From assembly GCA_038496445.1 (NCBI GenBank), contig JALMLS010000353.1, positions 124,001 through 188,000 on the forward strand: DNA of 64,000 bases, in the 5' to 3' direction. The position numbers were made by a program, and so were the translations under genes. The notes beneath the pieces were generated by a model. That model did not search any database. It saw nothing but the letters and a program-made list of their open reading frames with translations, and was not told the DNA's origin. This DNA is from Trichosphaerium sp. ATCC 40318. Lineage: Eukaryota > Protista > Tubulinea. Positions 55,097 through 64,000 of this stretch are shown here, in pieces (positions within the stretch are counted from its first letter, which is position 1; every line of letters begins with the position of its first letter).

Positions 55097-56329
55097 GTTT
55101 TTATGCTTGTAAGAGTTGTTGTTGTTGCGTTTGTGGTTAAATTATGAAGCAAAACATGTTATCCAAATGAATGTGTTGCCGTTGACCGACAAATTTATTC
55201 AGATAAGAGTCAAACGTTGAATCTGTCAACGCGTGTTGTTATGTTGAGCAAACTGACTTCTGTAAAGGACCACCTGTAGTGACATGCTGCAGAGAAAATA
55301 TTGTGTGATTTCGCTCATCTAGCTTGCTACAATTGCGAGCGTTTTGTGATTGACTTTTCAAAAAACCCATGTCACTACTCTCACATTGCCAAGACGTTTG
55401 TATTTCCTTTTCTTTGCTAACAATTGTAGTCTTGGTTGTATTTGAGTGGTTTTTATTTGAAGCTTTGAATTATTGGCCAGGTTTGAAACTAACGAGCTGC
55501 AGCTCCCAAGTTAACTTTTCAACTGTAGGCCTACTGTTTTTTTTTCAAACAAGATTGTGGTCATAATTATAATACAGATGTATAAAGAGCCATTCCTTTG
55601 AACCCAGTATCGTAGCCTAAGACAACCTTAGAACATCTAGTCTAGTAATAACTGGTACAGTAATGACATTGTCAATCCAAAGGATTCACAATAAAGAATT
55701 AAAGTAGATGGAGAAAATCCAGTTGTTTTGCTTTTATAATTAAAGCAGGTACGTTAAATTCGTCTATCAGATAATATGTTCCTAACACTTGCAACAACTT
55801 CCCAGCCATTGCTCTCATCATCACTCCAGGTAATGATAGCAGCCGAGACTAAAGTCTATAGCAAGTTCTGAGGCACGACATCAACGTTGCCATTTAATTG
55901 TAAGTTATACTAATTGCATGTTCGTCAGGTGCGCTATTATTTGGTATTTGCTCTGAATATTAATTTAGCCTGCACAAGTGAAGACTTCCTCACAAAGACG
56001 ATTGAGAACTTAGACAACTTGTTGTCAGAAACTTCCAGTAATTCGGCTAAATCAATTCGCTGAACTATTAACACAATATCTTTTGAAAAAAAATCACATG
56101 TTCTCATAGTACTATAAGAACATAGAGGTACCTCTATACGAGTTGATTCAGAAGCGCACTTGTAGTTGGTTTTTTTTTTTTTGTGTTTTTTAAGCAACAA
56201 GTCGACTAATTGTGTTTTCGTATTCCTGTAATAGTTTACAATCGTGCCGTTATTAAAACCATATAATACAATACAGCCCAACAACTGCTGCTTTTGATTC
56301 TTCTTAAAAATCAACCACAGCTATAGAAA

Positions 56330-58279
56330 ATGAACGCATTACTTATCTTAATAGCGACTTCAATTTTATGTACTTGTACGGCTCTCTATCTCCCTCATTG
56401 GAATATACTAGTTCTACCTTGTTAACATTCTAATTAATAGCGTACGCTCTAAGTGCAAACGAGTGGGGTGACCTACGAGAACTTGGTGTTGAAGAAACTC
56501 TAGTAGACGGTGAGGATATCTACACCCCTTTCGTTGCTGCTGGAGATATCACCGGTCAAGGCCCTACGATTTGTGTAGTATCTTCGATTCAAATTACCGA
56601 CAAACGCGTTGTCAATGATCCGAGTGGTATATCTGTGGTAGTACAGAGTATGACTCGAAAATCTACTTTAAGAAATTGGCTAATTGTGTTTTAGGTTTAG
56701 GTTCTAACAAAACGGCCGTATTCCGCTTCTCGGGCATAGACAAACCACATGGCGTTGTGTATGGGCGTAATGAATTCGCATTTGTTTATTGCAAAGGGAA
56801 AATTAATAAGCGTGGTTTGGGTGCATTAGGATGTTGGATGAGATTTGTAAATGCAAACGAATCAGGAGTGCGTTGGTTTTTTTTTTGGTGACTACCTAAA
56901 TTTAAAGTCCTTTCTTTGATCACGTGATAGACGCAACAAATGAGACTTTTAGGCTTACTTATTTGTTAGATATTTGAGTTATCAGAACCAATTCAGTTTA
57001 TGTTCTCACAGGTGGTGGCTCCGCTCATATATGGGTTTTTTTACGATCAAAGTGAGGCAGAGTACTTTTTTTTTGCGTAAGTACTAATGAAAGTAGCTTC
57101 CAACATGTATGTCATTGTGAATGACTTTAAAAACTCTGGGACAGTTTCTCCTATATACGTTGATGCAGTATCAAGGGATATCAGATTTCCAATAAATGAA
57201 CCAAACGCTGTTGTCTGTACGTGATAAAAAAAACCGATGGCAGATGAATAGTTACTAACTTTTTCTCCGAAGTCTCAAGATCTCGAATTTCTGGCAGCGA
57301 TGCAACAGTGGGAAAAGATGGATGTATTGTATCTAGTTTCAGAAAAGACTCCTCTGAATATGGTATTGTACGGATAACATCAATAAAAGGCAACGAAACA
57401 GTAAGTAAAACAATAAAACTCAATACAGTTCACATTATATCTTTACATTCCCTAAACACTGTCTAGTTCGCTTTTGAACATATTATCATAAATACTACCA
57501 ACTTCATATCAACAAACATGGAACTAGCTTACGATCCAATATCAGAACGTTTCGCTTTGATTTATGGAGAAATACAGTTTAGAATGCAAAGTGCTCAAGC
57601 AAAATTGTTGCTCTTTACTACCACATGTGAAGTTAATGCAACAGTTACAATCATTGACACTATGAACATAACCTCGGATTTTGCGCGTGGATACTTGGGC
57701 TTCTCGCTTGATGTATCATATTCAGCGGAAAGTTCGTTCGTTGCAACATACGCCAATGGCTCTGATACAACACACATGGTCGCAATATCGGGATCATCAA
57801 TTGTTGATAGCCCCCTGCCAGTCAACATGTTTACTGAATCTTTCCTTCCTCGTATAACATGGCTTCAAGGACCTTCTTCGTGTGGACTAGGAGTTGTAAG
57901 TCATCAACGTCTGTTTGATAAGAACCTCTTTTGTATTAAGTTATTTTTCTAGATTGTAGCTCAGACAGTTCCCAGTGACTGTAACTCAACAACATCTTAT
58001 ATTATTGTTGACGAATCACTTAACATATTCACATGTCCACCAACAACTGAGCCTCCAACAACTGGACCTCCTTCTGACGAACCAAGCACTGAGCCTCCTG
58101 TTAGTCAACAGCCAGCAGAAGAACCAACCACAGACTCGCCAGCTACCGAAACACCTATGAGTACCACACCTCCAACAACTGTATCGCCTTCAACAATAGC
58201 TCCTAGTAGTGGAAGCGATACCTACCATTTCATGAACTGTACCTTTTTCTTGATTACTCTATTAGCTGTACTTCTGTAA
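56330..58279 (+). CDS. Secreted, probably GPI-anchored surface protein with a Pro/Thr-rich stalk
   Basis: Signal peptide MNALLILIATSILCTCTALS; PPTTEPPTT stalk; hydrophobic C-terminus FFLITLLAVLL. Confidence 0.7.
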
Positions 58280-58350
58280 TAAAACGAATAAAGTCTTTAC
58301 AGAAAAGTCCTCGACTGAAAACCTTTGAATCCTTGTTTTGGTTCTTGAAA

Positions 58351-58878
58351 ATGTCAGAAGCAACAAAAGCTACAGTACATCGTTATATCCGGCCAGTTAG
58401 TATCCGCGACGCAGAGGCTATCGCTAAACTCTATAACTACTATGTCAAGACCGCTATAGCTACTTTTGAGGTCTCAACAGTTTCTGCGTCTGAAATGGCG
58501 AATAGGATAGCTGAAACAACTAAAACATATCCGTGGCTTGTCTATGATGATGGAGAGATACGAGGATATGCTTATATAACTAAATGGAAGAAGAGAAAGG
58601 CGTACTACAAGTCAGGAGAGATAACTCTATACGTTGATAAGAATAACAAGAAAAAAGGAATAGGTTCAGCTCTTTATGCTTCTCTTTTAATAAAAGCACG
58701 TGATATAGGATTACACGTGTTACTAGCGGGTATATCTTTACCTAATAGAGGTAGTATCGCAATACATGAGAAGTTCGGTTTCAAAAAAGTAGGCGTGATA
58801 AAAGAGGTTGGATACAAGTTTGGAAAGTGGGTAGATGTTGGATATTGGCAACTTATTCTTCACCACTCTAGTCTGTAA
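58351..58878 (+). CDS. GNAT acetyltransferase, phosphinothricin/methionine-sulfoximine (Pat/YncA) family, intronless
   Basis: IAKLYNYYV...ATFE, PWLV, RKAY, GIGSALY, NRGSIAIHEKFGF, VGYKFGKWVDVGYWQ. Confidence 0.92.
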   Translation: MSEATKATVHRYIRPVSIRDAEAIAKLYNYYVKTAIATFEVSTVSASEMANRIAETTKTYPWLVYDDGEIRGYAYITKWKKRKAYYKSGEITLYVDKNNKKKGIGSALYASLLIKARDIGLHVLLAGISLPNRGSIAIHEKFGFKKVGVIKEVGYKFGKWVDVGYWQLILHHSSL

Positions 58879-59100
58879 CGTTCATCATAAAAAACAACTT
58901 TGGGGTTCAAGTCAAGGCACTCATGTGAAGTAACACTTATGCTAGTGTCAGAAAAGTACTTCGCATAAGCAAATAACACAAACACGTGGACATTTCCAAC
59001 GGCAATGATTAGTGTTATGACTAAATGCAAGTAAACAATGAACAAAACAAATTCTTTTCACTTTATTTTTGATAATGGAAACAAATAACAAATGACTGTT

Positions 59101-60934
59101 TTAGACAGTTCTAGGTGATGCTCTAGATACAAGGTCAATGATAGGTATTTTATCATAGTCAACCACTTCACTGCCTTTTTCATAAAAGCATACTCTCTTC
59201 GAACTGCCATCATGATTCCACTCTTTGTACAAACCATGTTTGATTTCTTCTTCATCACTAGTTTTGATAACAAAGTAATGACACTTTAATTTACCATTAG
59301 CAAACCACTCTATTATCTCTACTGTCTTGCCATCAGAATCATCTCTCTTCATCTTCTCTTGTCCATTACGATATTGGTAGTATGTAAAACCTTTTTTTTC
59401 CTCTTTCTTAACATAAACATATCCGTTCTCGTCATAGTTGATATTCTCAACAACACCATTATAACACATCCGCGAATCAGGGATAATACGACCATCTTCG
59501 TCTGTTATCACACTGTAATCAACTTCCATGGTACAATCAATAAGCCCATTTCTATAACACGTGCTTGAATCAGAAATAATAATTCCGTTCTCGTCAGTCA
59601 CCGTGCTGTACTCGAATTCCAGGGTACCATCATTGGACCACCTCTTCGTTTCAATAGCTGTCCCTCTGTTGTATACAGATGATTCTTCCTTACGTTTATT
59701 CTCGTACCAAGTACAATAAGCACCATTCAGTAATCCGTGTTTGTGATATCCTGATGTTTTATGATGAACACAGCCTTTATACCACTCACAAAACTTGCCT
59801 TCAGGCATTCCGTCCTTATAAGTAACAAGGCTTTTTAGATCTCCATTAGAGAAGAACTGTTTTTGGTGTCCTTCACGGATACCATCAACATATCTTTCTT
59901 CTTGGTATACACCACCAGAATCTTTGTAAAACAATTTGCGAGAACCGCAAATAAAGTCATACTTGAATTCGACTTCTTCTTTCTTCTCGCCAGTAGGGAA
60001 GTAAGTCTTCATAGTTCCATCAAGACATCCATTCACAAAAGGCATTTCAGACTTGACACAGCCGTTTTCATGGTATGTGAAGACCCAACCGTTCTCAATA
60101 AAGCCATCGTTGACATCAAATTTTTCGACAAGTTTGCCTGTACTATTGTATTGTAAAACTTCTCCATGTGGGACACCATCTTTGTTTGTATACTGTTCCA
60201 TTAGGGCACCGTTTTCGAAATACTTCTGAGAAATACCAACAGGTACACCTTCGTCCAGGTACTCTATAGACTTAAGATTACCGTTACCATACCATCTCTT
60301 AGCAATGCCATGAGGTTTGCCAAGATAGCAAGCGAACTCTGTAATTTTTATCTCGTCTTCATTCCAGGTTTGTTGAAGACCATGTCTTTTCCCATTTTCG
60401 TGTTCATAGGAGCCCATCATAGTGCCATTAGCGTAATAGAATCGTGTGGCTCCGTGAACTTTGCCATTCCATGTTTGTTGAATAACACACTTTCCATCTT
60501 CTCCCCACGTTTGCTCAATGGCTGTATCACGCTCGTTGCCTGATGTGTAGCACTCGTACTTCCTTTTACCGCACTCATAGAACTCTTTCTGAAAGCCAAA
60601 AGGAAACGTATGAATTGCTGCTATAGCACCACTTGAATACCAACGGTACCAGAGACCACGTTTGTTCAAATCTTCATCGAAATGTGTGCTTACAGCTAAA
60701 TCCTAAATTTAGGTATTAGTACGAAACGACACGCATTCTTGGATTGAATCTCAAGTTTTTTCTAAATTTGGTTTTTTGTTGAGAATACGTTACCTTTGAT
60801 AGTAGATGCCATTTCAAGAACACCTCTTTGTCTAGAGAGCATATGTAGTGTTGAATGCTTGCGGGTAGTTTCAGTAGATGATTTATAGGTTTAGGGCCTA
60901 TGTATAGCTTTATTGAGTGTATGTGAGAATACAT
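59101..60934 (-). CDS. F-box-like + MORN-variant repeat protein (probably one intron near 60700)
   Basis: N-terminal LLKLPASIQHYICSLD; many Y.NG...G...W repeats in the 522-aa ORF. Confidence 0.75.
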
Positions 60935-61192
60935 CGTTGTTTATAGATGCTACTTGTCACTACTTGTGCTAGTTTCCCGATAACTTTGTAATTAGCAGAA
61001 AACTCAGGTATTTTTGACTTCAAAGGACCTCGGCCGAACATAACTCAAAACAAACAAAACCAGTATTGTTATAACAAGCGTTTGTACAGATTAGCTAAGG
61101 GCATTGAAATTAAAGAACAGGGAGCGTGAAGCTGGTTGAGATGCTATGTCGAGGGTTCATTAACTCAAGGTTTAAATTAGTCTTTTTCGTGC

Positions 61193-61993
61193 TCAGTCGT
61201 ACATCTTTTGCTCCATTAAACGACCAAATCTATATCTTAGATACTCTCCATGACGCTTGTTATCTTTATAGTGTACAGAAACTGTAACACGACCTTGTGT
61301 ATCCCAATATTTGTACAACCCTTCTTTCTTTCCATTTTCATAAACAATATAACACTGTTTAGCACCACCATTGTAATAAAACTGAGTATAAACCCCATTA
61401 CGTAGGCCACATTTATAATGTGCCTTTAGTAATAAAACACCAGAATCACTCCACTTACAATCTTCACCATGCTTTAAATCATTTTTATATTGAGTAACAC
61501 CAGCCTTAACTCCATTATCGTACCACTGATAAAAAGTACCCTCTCGTAATCCTTCAACAAAGGTTTCTTGTGTTGCTAAACTGCCATTTAAGTGCCATAC
61601 CTTTGAAGTACCATGTCTTAAACCTCTCTTGTAAAAAGTTTGTTCAAGAAGCGCTCCATTGTCACGTGATTTTCTAGTAAACTCTCCAACGAGTAAATCT
61701 TCTTTGTATGTACCAGAATCGATATTTTGACCGCAAAAATATGTCACATAAGCGCCGTTCTTCTTACCATGAAGATAAGAGCAATCAATAGTCAGAGTTT
61801 TATGTATGAACTTGAAACGCCCGTGTTTGTTTAAATCTTTATCAAATCGTGAAGTAACGGCACATTGATAGCATAATAGAGGCCATAGATGAAAAACGCA
61901 TTGATCAAGATTAAAAATAATGTACTGAAGCTCTAAAGGTATCGAGAGTATATTTATATTGTTTTGGTCTATTTCTACTGCGTCTATTGACAT
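61193..61993 (-). CDS. F-box-like + MORN-variant repeat protein, intronless
   Basis: ILSIPLELQYIIFNLD followed by about 8 repeats such as YKRGLRHGTSKVWHLNG. Confidence 0.8.
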   Translation of the reverse strand: MSIDAVEIDQNNINILSIPLELQYIIFNLDQCVFHLWPLLCYQCAVTSRFDKDLNKHGRFKFIHKTLTIDCSYLHGKKNGAYVTYFCGQNIDSGTYKEDLLVGEFTRKSRDNGALLEQTFYKRGLRHGTSKVWHLNGSLATQETFVEGLREGTFYQWYDNGVKAGVTQYKNDLKHGEDCKWSDSGVLLLKAHYKCGLRNGVYTQFYYNGGAKQCYIVYENGKKEGLYKYWDTQGRVTVSVHYKDNKRHGEYLRYRFGRLMEQKMYD

Positions 61994-62178
61994 TATGAAG
62001 ATGTACTAAGAAAATAAACAGCAAAACATGAAACCTCGCTTAGCAAGCCATAACTTAACGTTTCTTTAACAGCCGAGGCACTCTACAACCTTTTTGCTGT
62101 CTTCAACAGGTAGCTTTCATCTATGGCATCTCACAATATAAGAGTAAAACAATAGGTTACGCCTCAAGACATGAATTT

Positions 62179-64000
62179 TTATTTTTTTTTAGTTGGCGCT
62201 GCAGCTACAGGTTTCTTTCCTTTACGTCGTGATTTTGATTTTTCTCCATGAGTACTACAAGAATTAGGATGTTCTTGAGGATGTGTCATGTATTGTTTCA
62301 TCATAATCGAGTTAAAGCTATTCTTCCCTTCGCATGCTATCCTTTTCTTAAGAGCTTTAACACCAATAGCTCTTGTGAACCTTCCTGCGTTTATTCGGAC
62401 AGATGCTACAAATGCTTTATATAAAAGATCAGCTGAAACATCTGGTGTGATATCTTCTTCTTTTTCTACTTCTTGCCACCTGTTTACAAGCGTAGAAATT
62501 TCATCTGTTCGGGCACTTGAGGTGAAGAGGGTCAATACTCAAAAACAAAGAAAAAGTGAGTGGTAAAAAAAAAATTGTTTTTCTCGATAATATAAACCGG
62601 CATTCATGTCCACATAGCATACATCAACACCCATAGTAATACTGAATAATATGAAAGCAATTTTTTTTTGTAAAAAATCAACTCACAGGGCGAGGAGAAA
62701 GGTTGAAAAAAAAGACAAAAAAAACAATGTGTTTGTAAAACTCGAGCTAACAAACACGTACTTGACCTTGCCGTATATGCTTAACAGCTCTATTCTTCTC
62801 TTATCAGATTCTGCATTAGTTTCTTTACATATACCAGCGGTACAATTGCATTCATGCTTGAACCTTTCTTTGGCTTGCACAAGTCTTCCTGCACGTGGCT
62901 TAAGTGGCATGAAATAAGCGATTGTAAGCTCTTCTCCTTCCTCAATTGGTCTAAGCGCACGAAGGAACATATGATTTTTTTTTCTATCCCAAGCTTGATA
63001 ACAATTTGGTACACAAGAGTGATTAATACGAGAAGCATCTAAACAATAATTAAACACGTGACAACCAAAAAAAAGGGAGTTAGCTAAAAATAATTTCAAA
63101 AAAAACTGTTCAAGTGACAGCGTCTACGCTGAACGTCTTTGTTAAAAATAGTATTTTTTTATGCGTACACAAGAAGAGGCCATTGGCCTTTGTATCCAAT
63201 GTTCTGACTGTAATCTGGTTCGACATAAATACACCTTGAATGGATTTTTTTCCCAGATCTTTTTCATGTACATCCATTAAATCCTTTGCTTGTTTACTAC
63301 CCGGCTTCCCTTTTAGATTCAGTCTAAACTCTTCTCTAATAATTTTCCCTAATTCTGCAGGTCTTGTTGATGCCATAGCAAGCATAATAGACTAGAAAAG
63401 AAGACCATCAGGATGATAAAAACAAAACCAAAAAAAATTTCAGGCTTTTTGCAAAATTACAAAAAATTGAGGTTTTAAACGTACAGGTGACTCTCTCATA
63501 ATAACATCGCTCTGTGAGATAGCTTCCTTTGCGAACATGCCAAGGCCGTGTATTTCAGACTTTTTAATCACCCAAGGCTTTAAAAGTTATTTAGACGCGT
63601 TTTTTATGCATAGACCGTTGTACGAGCGTATTGCAAGCTTAGGTACGTGATGAGCGTACCCCAAATTCTTGAGCAGTTGGGCTGGCTGTTATTTCAATTG
63701 GCTTTTCCTCTTTAACCTCAGCTACTTCCCCAGCCTTTTCACCGACTATTGCTGTTGGATCAGCCTCGTCAGTAACATTTTTTGCTGTATCTTGTTCTAC
63801 TACTACGTTATCTGCCTCGGTAGTTTCTTCCTTAGCTTCTGCGGCTTCTGTGGCTAAAAATCTGCGATTTGAGAAAACTATAGCGTTTAATTAGCCTCCT
63901 GACTGCCGTGGTTGATTATTATGGCGTTTTGCTTATTAGTAAGGAAATATAACCAGAACGTGCCTGTTGTGCGCTTTGCGACCGGTATGCGCGATTTTTG
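62179..64000 (-). CDS. SET-domain lysine methyltransferase, 5' end outside window
   Basis: IHGLGMFA, ASRINHSCVPNC, LRALRPIEEGEELTIAY, post-SET CNC...C. Confidence 0.85.

Noticed and set aside
59101-61993. Bacterial YwqK toxin-antitoxin locus or contaminant
   Set aside because: No cognate toxin or operon structure; F-box-like leaders, a probable intron, host CACGTG sites and eukaryotic neighbours.

Overview
AT-rich (~35% GC by eye), gene-dense eukaryotic DNA with many short spliceosomal introns whose donors are mostly GTAAGT or GTACGT-like. It is probably from an amoeboid protist; that is an inference. About 29 genes were assembled by eye, so exon boundaries and some starts are approximate. 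Recognisable genes: ERGIC3/Erv46, E2F, an SHPRH-like SNF2 ATPase, an NHL-repeat/PARP-like ADP-ribosyltransferase, a 2H-phosphoesterase/vWA protein, a sarcosine-oxidase-family enzyme, a PH-domain protein, F-box proteins, a Hippo/MST kinase, a G1-like peptidase, two mucin-like surface proteins, a C2 protein, an MFS transporter, an S8 subtilase, an atypical Rho GTPase, a divergent eEF2 paralog, a ricin-B lectin protein, a bacterial-type GNAT, F-box-like/MORN-variant repeat genes (plus a pseudogene) and a SET-domain gene. The most striking unexplained signal is the palindrome CACGTG: about 73 copies counted by eye against about 6-7 expected. They lie in exons, introns and intergenic DNA, and they coincide with an unusual number of GC-AG intron donors (GCACGT). 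No rRNA, tRNA, CRISPR array or intact transposon was recognised.
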